A stretch of DNA of 58,826 bases, filler included, from Jimgerdemannia flammicorona (taxonomy: Eukaryota), in NCBI GenBank assembly GCA_003990765.1. It is 3 parts of 3 records of this genome, joined end to end, with 100 filler letters (N's around TTAATTAATTAA, not from the genome) between each part and the next. Parts side by side here need not be neighbours in the genome. Positions count along the whole stretch, not along the records: positions 19,646 to 39,190 come from RBNJ01001916.1; positions 39,291 to 58,826 come from RBNJ01001917.1; 1 more part is not named here. One strand, given 5' to 3'. Position 1 is the stretch's first letter; each line of letters opens with the position of its first letter. The position numbers and the translations under genes were made by a program. The notes beneath the pieces are model-generated. The model saw only the letters and a program-made list of their open reading frames with translations, was not told the origin of the DNA and made no database searches. This document shows positions 38,531-51,209 of this stretch, piece by piece.

Positions 38531-39190
38531 GTTCTTGGTAATACTGAATTCTGCCAGCATCCTTTTCTCATATAATAGTTAATTCTTCTACTGGCATTCT
38601 GATCTTGTGTAACTCAGAATTCTTCTAGTATTCTTTTCCTATACTATTGAAATTCTATCAGTATCTTAAACTTGTATAATTATCTATACTAATACTGGAA
38701 TCTATACCAACAACTATAGTTTTCTGTATTCTAGTATTTTATTTAGTTATTGGAATTTATATTTAGCTTTATATCTTAGCAACCATTGAATTATATTTTG
38801 TATAAATACCCCTCTTATTTTCTTCAAAATAAAGTTAGTTTCTCTTAGTATAATATATATAATTCCTTGCAAGCAATCCAAAGAGATAACAAGACAGTTT
38901 AAAGATAAGATGTTTGAGAACTATAAGACCTTGAAAAGGCACTCTAATAAGAACTTGCTTATAACAAACTTGAGTTAGTCTAAGAGATATACCTTGAAGA
39001 GAATCTGACATATTTGAAGGACTCAGTGACTACTATATGACAATATTTTAATAAACTACTATATTATCTATAGTAGATATATAAAATTAATACTGATAAC
39101 TACTACTATATTCTCTATAGTAATTGAAAAATATATACTTAAAAAAAATTTCTAATAATTTAATTAATCTTTTAACTTTATTTTTTTTTT

Positions 39191-39290
39191 NNNNNNNNNN
39201 NNNNNNNNNNNNNNNNNNNNNNNNNNNNNNNNNNTTAATTAATTAANNNNNNNNNNNNNNNNNNNNNNNNNNNNNNNNNNNNNNNNNNNN
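39191..39290. other. Artificial contig-joining linker
   Basis: N44-TTAATTAATTAA-N44. Confidence 0.95.
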
Positions 39291-39607
39291 CCCCTCTCAG
39301 CCAGCTCTCCAGTCCAGCTCCCTGTCGACCCCCCTTCACCTTCTCCGCAAAGCTCACCCTGCCAGACCCTTGACCTCCAGCTCCACCCCTTCTTCCACCA
39401 CGGCCCCCCACTAGCAGGCCCCTCATACTTCCCCCCAAGCTGGGGCCTCTCCCCCCTTACTGCCATTCAAATGCTCCAGGGCCACCCTGCCCAGTACATA
39501 CCTCTGGATGCTCGTTGGTCGCCATGATACTAGTAGCTTTTCTCCAGAAACTGTATCAAAAGTGTTGCCAAAGGGTTGTGTAACCTGAATATTACCGGAG
39601 AAAGATG
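39291..39607 (-). mobile_element. LINE 5' end (5' UTR and ORF1 start) abutting Gypsy pol
   Basis: Near-identical to ~27570-27886. Confidence 0.88.
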
Positions 39608-42600
39608 CTGAGGACAAGACATTATCTTAGGAAAAGCCTGGTTGACCCAGTACAACCCAGACATCAACTGGAGAACCAATGAGGTTAACCTGACCCATGA
39701 GGGCAGAAAGATCACTCTGACACCCCAGGAAGGTACCAACCACCAAGGAATCGAAATCATCTCTGTCATTCAAATGAAGAGACTCTCTCGAAAAAAGGGA
39801 AACACCTACTTCATCTGTACTGTACAAGAAGTCACTGAAGCTATGAGCAGCCCAATTCCAACAGAAGCTCAAGAACTGTTCGAAGAATTCCAAGATGTAT
39901 TCCAAGATCCTCAAGGACTCCCACCCAAGTGCCAAATCCAACATGGAATTGATCTTATTCTAGGATCTGAACCCCCATATAAGAGTATCTACCAACTGGC
40001 TCAACCTGAGCTCAAGACCCTCAAGGATGAATTGACCAAACTACTGGCTCAAGGATACATTGAATCCAGCCGCTCTCCATTTGGAGTCCCAATTCTATTT
40101 GTCAAGAAGAAGGATGGCTCTCTGTGAATGTGTATTGACTACAGAGCCCTCAACAAGATCACTATCAAGAATCAGTATGCCTTGCCCAGGATTGATGAGT
40201 TGCTATACCAAATCTTCAAGGCCAAGACCTTTTCTCTACTGGATTTGCGAAATGACTACTACCAGATTCTCATTGACGAGAAGGACATTGAGAAGACAGC
40301 TTTTTGAACATGGTTTGGACACTACCAGTTCCGAGTCATGCCTTTTGGATTGACCAATGCACCAGCAACATTCCAGTATCTGATGAATGACATCTTTGGA
40401 CCACTCCTCAACATCTGTGTCCTTGTGTATATTGATGATATACTAATCTACAGTGAGATAGTAGAGCTATACTATACCCACCTTAGACAAGTACTGACCC
40501 TTCTGCAAGAACACCAGCTCTATGCCAAGATGAGCAAATGCAAGTTCTACCAAGACCAGATTGAATACCTGGGACACATCATCTCTGCTGAAGGTATCAA
40601 CGTAGACCTCCGAAAAGTATCAGCCCTTAAGGATATCCTTATCCCTACTACCCTCAAGCTACTCCAGCACTTTCTGGGTATTGCCGGTTATTACCGAAGA
40701 TTTATCTAAGGATACTCTACTATTGCAGCCCCATTGACCAGCCTGGCCCATAAAGGAGTGAACATCAAAGCTGAATGGACCCCCGAATGCACTCTGGCTA
40801 TGGACTATCTCAAGAGACTCCTAACCGAGGCCCCAGTGCTAATTGCACCTGATCCTACCAGACCATTCACTCTGACCACAGATGCCTCTGACATTGCTAT
40901 TGGAGTAGTGCTCAGCCAAGAAGACCGCCCAGTGGCCTACCTTTCTCAAAAGCTCAAGCCAGCTGAGACCCGGTATACCACCCATGAGAAGGAACTCCTG
41001 GCTATCGTCACTGCACTCCAGGAATGACGCCATTTCCTCCTAGGATAGCTATTTGTGGCCTACACTGATCACCATGCACTGAGGTATATTCACACACAGC
41101 CCATGCTGACCCACAGACAAGCCCGCTGGATGGAAATCATTGCCAACTTTGATATGGAAATCAAGTATATCCCAGACAAAACCAACCATGTGGCTGATGG
41201 TTTCTCCAGATACATGGAAGATGAACTTGTCTTCATGGTTGAAGTAATTGGAGACCTTACCTAAATAATCAGGAATGGCTACCAGCAAGACAGCCCCCTG
41301 ATGAATTTCCTTCAATTCTGCCAAGACCCAGAGGCTGAGGTTCCAGAACCCATGAGGCAAATGGCCAAGAGATTCACCTACTGTGATGGACTTATCTACA
41401 GGGACCATGACAGAGTGGTTGTACCCAACAATGATACTCTGCGACTCAAGATCATGCAGGAACTCTATGATACTCCTGCAGCAGAACACTTTGGTTTTGA
41501 AAAGACCTACAACCTCCTCTCAAGAGAGTTCTACTGGCCAAAGATGACCAAGGATATCAAAGACTTTGTGGCCTCATGCGAGATATGCCAAAGGTTCAAA
41601 AGTGGTAACAAGCTACCAGCAGGACTCCTGCAACCCTTGCCTATCCCGAGCCACAATTGGGACCAGATTGCAATGGATTTCATTGTCCAACTCCCCAAGA
41701 CCAAGGCAGGATGGGATGCCATCGTGGTATTCGTGGACCGCCTAAGTAAACAAGCCCATTTTGCACCCACCAAGACTACCGCTACAGCACCAGAGATTGC
41801 CGAGATCTTTCTCAACCAAGTATTCAGGCTACATGGCATGCCTAGCACCATTGTATCTGACCGAGATGCCAAGTTCACAAGCAACTTCTGGAAGGCATTT
41901 TTCTCCCTCCATGAAACCAAGCTGAAGTTCTCTACTGCCTACCACCCTCAGACTGATGGTCAAACCGAGCGAACCAACAGGACCCTCAAACAGATGCTTA
42001 GCATCTTCTGCTGTTACAAGCAAAATGACTGGGACAAGTACCTAGCCCATGCTGAGTTTGCCTACAACAACAGTCAGCAAACCTCCACAAAGAAGACTCC
42101 ATTCTTCCTGAACCATGGTCAACACCCAAGGACCCCAAGTACTACTATGAAATCAGCAGTCCCAGCAGTCCAAGATCTGGCCGAGACCATTTCTAACCTC
42201 ACGTGAATGACAAGAGATGCTCTCATAGAAGCACAGGACTACCAGACCAAGTACGCGAACTTGAAGCGAAGAGAAGCCTCCTACAATATCAGTGACAAGG
42301 TCATGCTTAGAACAGACCACCTCCACCCAGACACCCTGGCACAACAACCAGCCAAGAAACTCCGTGCTAGAAGAATTGGACCATACAAGATCGTGGAAAA
42401 AATCAGTGAAGTCAACTACAAGTTGCAACTCCCCCACAATATCCGAGTACACCCAGTATTCCATATTAGCCAATTGGTGGACTACCATGAGAACCCATTC
42501 CCCGAGCGTACAGTTCCACCACTACCCCCAATTAGGATCAATGATCATGAGGAATTCAAAATTGAGGAAGTACTTGACCACAAGGTCTGCAAGTATCCCA

Positions 42601-42755
42601 AAGCAGTCAAGCGCCTTTTCCTGATCAAGTGGAAGGGTTATCCCACCCATGATGCCACCTGGGAAAAAGAAGAAGTCCTGAAGAATGCACGCGAAGCCCT
42701 CCAGGACTACATGGAAACACTCACCCCCCAGCAAAGGAAGGAACTACAGCTCTAA
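39608..42755 (+). pseudogene. pol: Gypsy pol (protease tail, RT, RNase H, integrase, chromodomain), with in-frame stops
   Basis: ILGKAWL; MPFGLTNAPATFQ; VYIDDILI; TTDASD; YTTHEKELLA; EHFG...CEIC; IAMDF; VSDRD; YHPQTDGQTERTN; IGPYKI; IEEVLDH...FLIKWKGYPTHDATWE. Confidence 0.95.
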
Positions 42756-43394
42756 GCAGAGGAGCAAACAGCAAGCAGAAGGATACCACATATTTTTTAT
42801 CTGGAAACATATAACATTGAACATTGTGAAAAAAGGAACACTATGGATAACCAACAAGAAGATACCTGAACAACAGAACAATCTAGTATAGTACAGCAAA
42901 ACGCATTTGAACAACTCAATTTCACGCTATCTGTATCATCTCCGCTGGATGATGATGGACACTTCATGTGAAACTTAGGAAAGCCGACAATGTCAAAACC
43001 AGTCTAAGTCCATCCACATGACAGATATTGTTACTAAAGAATTGCCTCGGATTACAAGAAAGTCTATTTCCAAGAGGTTCGAACCCCCAGCCGCGACAAT
43101 GGGAGCCCTCGCCTTAGACAAGGATGGCCAGTCCTCGCAAATGCGCCAACCAGACAAAAAAAAAGTGGACCAAGACCTGTTAACCCTGTGTAACCACAGA
43201 CAGGTGATGAGATCTTTGAAATCAGGATTTCCTCATGTGACCAGCACATGCTCCGCTTATAGCACAGGTCATGCATTTTGCCAGAAAGTGTGACCAAAGG
43301 AAGATCACATCAGACGGGTGAACAAGTATAAATACCCAAGGCAAGAATACCCCACAACTCTCATCCCCTCTTCCTCACAAAAAGAAAGACAAGA

Positions 43395-44201
43395 ATGCCT
43401 ACCACCCGCCACCAAACTGCCCGCCATAGCCAGCCCCTCCCAAGCCAGGTTGACCGCCTCTTTGGACACATTCAAGTTGCTATCCAAGGAAGGAACTGCC
43501 GCTCAGAGGCCCTTGACCTCTCCCATCAGGACCTAGGACACTATGTCCTCAACTGCCGTGAAGTCATTGACAGAGCCTATCTTGCCACCAGCCACCTAGA
43601 GATCTGGCATGAATATGAGATTGGCCATCAACTCCTTCAACGTGCAAAGGGCCTGCCCACGGACCAAGTCTCTGACTGGATTCACCTAGACAGGCATGAG
43701 CAAAGACTTGCCAAGAAGGTCCATCAAATCATGCACCATATACCCTTTGCAATCCCCAACCTCAACTATGTACAACTGAAGGACTTCCAGAACCTCTCTT
43801 TCCCTGAGGTCGATGAACTGGAAATCAAGGTAGCCCAAGAAGCCAACTCCTGGATCACCCCCAAGTCTACTGACTGCGAACCCTACTGGAGCCCCCTCCT
43901 GAATAACAACCCTGACCAATGGCTCTAAGGCCTCTCTGACCTCTTTGAAGGACCACCGATTCGAATGGATATCCCCAGGCATGAAGATCAAGAGCCCTAC
44001 TTAGATGGCCCCAACTGTATCAGATGGAGAACCCCAACACCAGCACAAAACCCAGTATGAGAACCATTTGCAGACCTCATTGACTTCTCCATCCTGGACA
44101 ATGAACTACCAGTAACCACCCCCCCTGCCCCTGAGGAGGATTCCCCACCTTTCTCTCCCCTAGTTCTCAATTTCTCAATCAACGAGGACGTTGATTTCTA
44201 A
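43395..44201 (+). pseudogene. Extra sense ORF ('ORF-X', 268 codons, two internal stops) between pol and PPT
   Basis: The frame runs from ATG 43395 through TAA 43926 and TGA 44058 to TAA 44199-44201, overlapping the PPT. TATAAATA ~70 bp upstream. Homologues at 845-1665, 2854-3777 and 37711-38530. Confidence 0.75.
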
Positions 44202-44212
44202 GGGGGGAAGGA
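44200..44212 (+). promoter_or_regulatory. Polypurine tract
   Basis: AAGGGGGGAAGGA directly before TGTAATA. Confidence 0.9.
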
Positions 44213-45055
44213 TGTAATAGAACGAGCGAACAGATGGGACGCGACGAACGACGAATGACGAACGACGAACGACGAGCGATCACGTGACCCGGCGAGCGAT
44301 GACGTCATCATACGAACGATGCGCGACATATGAATAACGAACGAACAAACGATGCGAAACGACGCGGAAAACGATATCCAGCTTATCCCCAACAATCGGC
44401 GCCGCAGCCAGCACCGCAGCAACAGTTGCCACAGCAGCTGATCATTGCCTAGTAATTGAGGTCTTGATCACAAAGTTGTTTTTGCCAAAAACCACCTGAC
44501 AAAGGTCGCGATCACAGACCTCATTATAGTTACCAAATTAGTCACTCATACTTAGTCAGAAATCGCGGACCAACTTGTATAAATACCCCCCAGTTTCCAT
44601 CCGAAATAAAGCAGTTTTAGTTCAGTCCTTGATACAAGAATCAAGTCCCCCCCACACACACACATTCCCCTGAGTCTTAGTAATGACATCTAAGTGACTC
44701 TAGTGTTTCTGACTAAACTCCAGAAGTCTAGCTAACTTCTGCCAGAACTGAGACCGGTATATAAATCCCCAAAGACTTAAGTAAACCCATTGAACCTGAA
44801 TTCCAAGGCGAATTCAGTCTGTACTCAACAAAGAACAAGACCCTCGAAATAGGACACAAGAGAAAGACCTTTAAAACAGAAGGCAAACCAGAAAGACCTT
44901 TGAAAGATAAGGCACTACCACTACAACTACTTTAAGCGAGTGCTTCCTCAAACTGAAGGCTTCTTGGTACACATTGTGTACTAAGTCCCTAAGTAATAGT
45001 CCACTTCCCTAATTATCCAAAGGATAAGAGAGGGATAGAAGTGAGAGTTATTACA
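44213..45055 (+). repeat. 3' LTR (843 bp)
   Basis: TGTAATA...TATTACA inverted ends; GTATAAATA at ~44577 and AATAAA at ~44605; CpG-rich U3. Confidence 0.9.
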
Positions 45056-48000
45056 AGGAGGAAGATTTATTGGAGGCGCTGGAGGAGCTGGATGGGGCTG
45101 TGGAACGGCGAGCTAAGGCCTGGAAGACTTTTGAAGAGTCGACGCTCCTGGAGGTGGTGGATGGAAAGAGGATTCGAGTGGACAAGATGCAGTGGGAAAG
45201 GGCTCAGGGGTGGAAGAGGCAGAAGGATTTGCTGGCTAAGCTGGGGGGTGGACAACAGAAGGATGCGAGCATGAAGACAGGTACAGAAGGGGCCAGAGCG
45301 AGTGTCTGGGCTGGTGAGAGGAGTGGGAATGAAGGGGCAGGGTCAGGGAAGGCTAAGGAGGTGAAGATTAGAGACCTATATGCTGATGGCACCTTGGAGA
45401 TTTGGGATGTCAGCTGGGAGAACTCCCCCACCCCTTCCCCTCTAATCAGGTGGGGCCCGGCTTCCAGGAACAAGCCTGGGGAGGATGTGACGATGCTGGG
45501 AACCCAGCAGGTGAAATTCAGCATTCCGGAGGTGTTGGATGGGGACCAAGTAGTGGCGGCAGGGGAGGAGGAACTGGTGGATGTCCCGGAGGTGTGAGAT
45601 GAGGATACGAGTGTGGGAGTGGACACCACAATGCTGGATGGAGGGAGGCCGGCGACCCCTGGTGGAAAGGAGGTGGGGAACCTACTTTGGATGTGCCGGA
45701 TGATGAATAACCTGGTGGCAGAAGAGCTGGGGGAGGTGGACTTGCATAGGATGGGTGACGAGCACTGGATGAGAATTTTGCAGGGAGAAGGAGTGGCGAT
45801 GGCGCTGAAGGCGGAAATTCTTGTGGTGTATCTGGAGGAGGAAGGGTATGAAGTAGATAAGGAGAGGGAGGCAGAGTTGGCGGTGGTTGCTGGGGAGAAG
45901 GCTGAGTACTGTTGGAACAGGTGTCATGGGTTGCAGCTTTGGCAGGAGGCTTGCATCGAGTACTGAGAGGAGTTTGAGGAGAAGGCTGATGAGGAGATAA
46001 ATGAGCTGTTGGCTGGACTGGAGGCTCAGAGGGCTGAAGAGGAGGAGGTGATGGCTGAACATAATCTGGACACGGCACAGGAGGAGAGGGGCATGGAGCA
46101 GTAGGAATTGATTGAGAACCAACTGTATTTTTATTATGAACAGTACAACCAACATTTTTTCTTTGAATGTGAATGGGCTAAGGGGTGCAGTTAGACATAG
46201 GAACATTTTTCTTTGGTTGAAGGGATTGGAGGCCAATCTCTTCCTCTTGCAGGATGTCAGATGTAAGGATGATGCTGATAGAATGGAATGGACTAAGGAA
46301 TGGGGTGGTATGGCGATTTGGAACAGCAAGGTTGGGATTCTGGTTCGGAAAGGCAGAGGGGAGATAAAGGATGTGAGGAGCTGGGGGGAGAGACTGGTCT
46401 GGGGTGAGTGGATCTGAGCAGGTTGGGAGCCAGTCACAGTTGGCTCCTGTTACTGCCCTGTGGTGTGGGGGGAGTGTGTAGATTGAGTGAAAGGGCTCCT
46501 GGAGAGTGGGATCCTTGCTGAAGCTGGGTTGGATATGCTTGGAGGAGATTTCAATATGGTTTGAGATGTACAGCTGGATAGAACTGATGGAGGATGGGGT
46601 GCGGAGAGCAGGAGTGGAGGGTTAGTGACATGGGAGGAGGTTGAAAGGCTAGGAGCACTGGTGGATGCTAGTAGGGAGTACTGGGGGGACAGGAGAGTAT
46701 ATACACATTGGGCTGGAGGTCTGGGGACAAGGATTGACTGGATTCTGATAGCTGACTGTTGGGGCCACGATGTCTGGAAGGCGATAGAGGTAGAATGGTG
46801 TCCATGGTCAGATCACTGGGGCCTCTTGAGATAGGGGTGTTTTGGGGGAAGTGGAGATGGGCCTGGAATTTGGCACCTGAATTCCTCCTTGTTGGATGAT
46901 GAGGTCCGGTGGGAGGAGTGGGCGAAAGACATTCAGCTGAAGGTAGCGAATTGGTGGCAGGAAGGGGCCATGATTGGGGTTTGGTGGATGAGGATGAAAG
47001 AGATGGCCAGAATGTATTGGAGCGAGGTTGGCAGAGTGGCTGGGAAGCAGCGAAGGCAGAAAGTGTGTTGGGCTTCTACTAGATTGGCTAGGCTCCTGGA
47101 GGAGTGGGTGAGACTGGCTGCGGTGGAGGGAGAAGAGGATTGGAGAATAACAAGGGTGAGGATGGAGGTTGGGGAACTGCAACAGGTGCTGCGGGAAGAG
47201 GAAGAGTCAAGGGTGCAAGGCCTGGTGGCATGGCTTCATTGGCAGGGGGTGGAGGAAGGGGAAAGGCCTTCCAAGTTTCTCACAAGGATACTTTGAGCGA
47301 GAAGAGTACAGCAGTGGTGGGAAGGGGTACTTGACTTGGATGATGTACTAGTGCATAGTGTACAGGACATCCTTGGAATGCTGAAGGCGTGATGGAGTGG
47401 ATTGTGGAGTGAGGAGGAGGGTAGGGCAGATGTTACAGCCATTGACCAAACATTAGAAGATTGGCACCCACCACGAGCTGAGGGACTAGGTGACCTGGTG
47501 ATGCCTGTAAAGGAGGATGAGATCTACCAGGTTCTTGCCGCGACAGTCTCGGGCATGGTGCCTGGGGAGGATGGCCTCCCCTGGGATTTCTGGAAGCGAA
47601 TGGTTGGAGTCCCGGGCATATTGGGGGAGTTGACAGTACTGTATGACTCTATATTGCAGTCAGGGAGATGGGTGGGGGAGCAAGACCTTGGGCTGGTGAC
47701 GCTGCTTTATAAGAACAAGGGAAGGCGAGAGGATTGGAAGAACTGGCGGCCGATAATGTTACTAGATATGGACAGGAAGTTGGTGACTAAGATGGTGGTC
47801 GCAAGGCTACAGAAGGTGGCCCAGCAAATTGTGGGTATTGAACAGAGGGGCTTCATAGGGGGTCGGCTCATTAGAGATGGTATGGCCTGAGTACATGGAG
47901 TTATTGAAGGTGCTCGAGCCTGTGGACTGGATGGGCGTCTTGTCTTCTTGGATCAGGAGAAGGCTTATGACCGGGTGCGGCGAGTCTGGCTGGCAAAAGT

Positions 48001-49869
48001 ATTAGATAGAATTGGAGTTCCGGCCCCATTTCAGTTGGTGATGGTCAGCCTACTGGAAAGGAGTAGGGCTGTGCTCGTGTGCAATGGGCATCGAGGGGTG
48101 GCTTTCCCTCTGGGTAGGGGAGTGCCCCAGGGGGACCCACTGTCTCCCATTTTGTATGCTCTTTCCTTGGAACCTCTTATGGACAGGATTTGGCAGAGGA
48201 TCATGGGGCTCTCTATCTATAGAGTTGGCTGGAAGGTTGGAGCCTTTGTGGATGACATGGTGGTTGGTTTGGGAGTGACTGCGGATGTTGAGGAGCTCCA
48301 GAAGACAGTGGAGTGGTATGAGGCGAACTCTGGGGCAAAGCTGAATTGGCATAAGTGTGAAACAATGGTGCTGGGCAATGGCTTGGTGGGCGGAGAAGTT
48401 ATTAGAACAATTGTCCCCACCGGAGAGGCAGTGCGGTACTTGGGCATCTATTTGTCGGTCTATGGGTCTGTTTTGCCCAGGCTGTGGTGGGAGCAGAGAA
48501 TTGGAATTTGGGAGGAGGACCTGCAGGGTTGGGGGGGTAGACACTTCTCTCTGGCAGGAAGGATCTCAATTTTGAATGTTTACTGGCTGCCAAAGCTATG
48601 GTATTTGGCCTATCATCTGGACTTCCCAGCCTGGGTGGTGAAGAGATTAGTGAAGGTGGCCAAAGGATGGGTTTGGGCTGCAGATAGAGTCAGATTGGTT
48701 GGGAGACTCTGTCCCTACTGGTGGCAAGAGGTGGTCTTGAGCTGATGGACTTCCCCAAGAGACTACACTGCTTGCGGGCTTGGTGGCTGAGGAGGGCGGC
48801 AGAGTTGCATGGAGGGGGCTGGGTCCCCTTGCTGCAGAAGATATGGGAGAGGAGGACATCACCTAGAGGCTTGACTGGTGATCTTCTTTCATTAGTTGGG
48901 CTTCAGAATACTGCGCAACTGAGATATAAAGGCTTCTGGTGGGGTATAGCCAAGGGGATACACCGCATTGATATTCGCTGGCAAGGGGATGAGGGGGAGA
49001 GGGCTTGGGGCCTGGTGATGTGGAGATGAGATAGCATTCTGCTGGGAGGCATGCCTTTACTGGAGTTCAACATTCGTGATGGCATCGAATGCCAAAGGGG
49101 ACCGGGCCAGGATCTGTGGCCTAGTGGTTGGCAAGGAGTTGGAATTGGTGAGGAGTGGGACTGGCATGGAGTTTGGACCTGGAGTGCCGCAGTGAAAATT
49201 TGGATGCCGCTGAAGTACTGGATAGTCTGGAAGCATATGCTGAGGAGGAATGTGATGCTTAACTTCCGCTCAGGACACCTTGTTGTTGGGGGCTGCTTTG
49301 ACTGTGAGGAGTGCCATAATGTAGAGCAGGAAGGAGGATTGGTACAGATGCCGGAACATTGGCTAGGGGAGTGTGAGGTGTTGGGAGACTTTTGGCAGGC
49401 CATTGGGGACCGCTTGGGGGTAAGGCATAGGGGTGATGATGTATAAGGGAGGTGGGAGGACCTGAGGGATCGATTGATAGGAGGGGTAGGGAAGGAGTGG
49501 ATTACGCTAGGCTGGGCGTTGGCTATTTGGGTTGGGCTGGCTGGCCACTGGCTATTTGTATTTGAGGAGGGGGAGCGACGGAGCTTGGGGAGCCAGTTGG
49601 CAAGATGGCAGTTCCTTATGGAAGATACCTTGACAGGCTGGTGGTGTGGCAGGGGGGTCAGAGGCGCTACTTAGTGGTGAAAATCTGTGGTCAGAGTGGT
49701 GGAAAAGTTGGAGTTGTTGGTGAAAGGGTGGTCTTTATACATGAAGAGGTGGGGTGGGGCCCCCCGATGGGGATCGGTTAGTGGGTGGGGATATTGTATA
49801 CTTATTCATAGACTGGTAATATAGACGGAGTCCAAGGGACTATAAAAAAAAAAAAAAAAAAAAAAAAAA
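45056..49869 (+). mobile_element. L1-clade-like LINE (ORF1 C-terminal half, ORF2 46136-49781, poly(A))
   Basis: Same APE/RT motifs as 22092-25744; A tail 49844-49869. Confidence 0.92.
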
Positions 49870-50796
49870 GTAAGGATAGAATATTCTTGAAGACAGATAC
49901 CTTTCAAGAGTATATTGATGTCTTCAGCAGAGATGATATATATATTCTAGATACTCAATCTGGTCTTGATAGAACTTATACTTACTCATCTTAGTATAGA
50001 GCTAGTATTCTTACAGAAGGGTCAGTATCTATCTGAGGTAAGTATAGTATAACTCCACTGTTTTGCTATAGATTAGTATATCATCAATATATATAAGGAT
50101 ACAAATATTAAGCAATAGTCTAAAGATATCATTTATCAGATACTAGAATATTGCTAGTATATTGGTTAAACCAAAAGGCATAACTCAGAACTGGTAATCT
50201 AAACTATATTCAGAAAGCTATTATCTTAATGTCCTTCTCATCAATGAGAATCTGGTGATAACTATTTTGCAAGTATAGTAGAGAAAAGGTCTTGGCCTTA
50301 AAGATCTGATACAGCAACTCATCAATCCTAAGCAAGGCATACTGGTTCTTGAGATCTTATTGAGAGTTCAGTAGTTAATATACATTTGCAGAGAGCCATC
50401 CTTCTTAACAAACAGAATAGAGGCTCCAAATAGGGAATGGCTGGGTTCAATATATCCTTGAGCCAGTAGTTTAGTCAACTCATCCTTAAGAATCTTGAGT
50501 TCAGGTTGGGCCAACTGGTAGATACTCTTGTATGGAGGTTTAGATTCTAGAATAAGATCAATTCTATGTTGGATTTGGTGCTTGGGTGGAAGTTCTTTAG
50601 GTTCCTGGAATACATCTTGGAACTCCTCAAACAGTTCTTGGACTTTTGGTAGAATTGGGCTACTTAAGGCTTTAGTGACTTCTTGTATAGTACAGATGAA
50701 GTAGATGTTTTCTTTTTTATAGAAGAGTCTCTTTATTTGAATGGTAGAGAAGATTTCAATTCCTTGATGATTGGTACCTTCTTGGGGTGTCAGAAT
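49870..50796 (-). pseudogene. pol: Gypsy pol (RT) fragment, same family as 39608-42755
   Basis: ORF 50368-50838(-) matches ORF 39642-40127; continues at 57187 after the hAT. Confidence 0.88.
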
Positions 50797-51209
50797 TAGT
50801 GCTCCGAATGAGTCAATTTGAATCAAATCCAGATTCAATTTGTTACATAATGGTTTGATCTAAATTAACTCAGATTAATCTGAATCACCCCATCTGAATT
50901 GCTCCATCTGAATCACCCATCCAAACCACCCCAATCCGAATCACTCAATCCAAATCACTCAATCCAAATCACTCAATCCAAATCACTCAATCTGAATCAC
51001 TCAGTCTGAATCCTCCAATTTAAATCCTCTAATTCAAATTCTCTAATTTGAATTCTTCAATCTGAATCCTCATCTGAATCCTTCAACTGAATCCTCTAAT
51101 CCAAATCCTCCACATGACTCATATGCTAGATATATCCACAATACAATACACACACATGTATATACATATACATACACACATACACATATACATGCAAACA
51201 CACAAACAC

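Larger units (their letters stand above)
35853..39042 (+). mobile_element. Solo-LTR-like element family A copy 2, split by Tc1 insertion
   Basis: 35860-35941 plus 37545-39042 is the reverse complement of 333-1900; ends TGACA followed by ATAT. Confidence 0.8.
39608..45055 (+). mobile_element. Ty3/Gypsy chromovirus, 5'-truncated: pol, extra ORF, PPT, 3' LTR
   Basis: Domain order PR-RT-RH-IN-chromodomain; PPT and LTR present; LINE sequence resumes at 45056. Confidence 0.93.

Noticed and set aside
43395..44201. Calling the extra Gypsy ORF an env gene
   Set aside because: Position fits, but no signal peptide, transmembrane segment or furin-like site is visible.
50880..51110. AATCCAAATCACTC arrays as telomere-like repeats
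   Set aside because: They lie just inside the hAT TIR and fit subterminal transposase-binding repeats.
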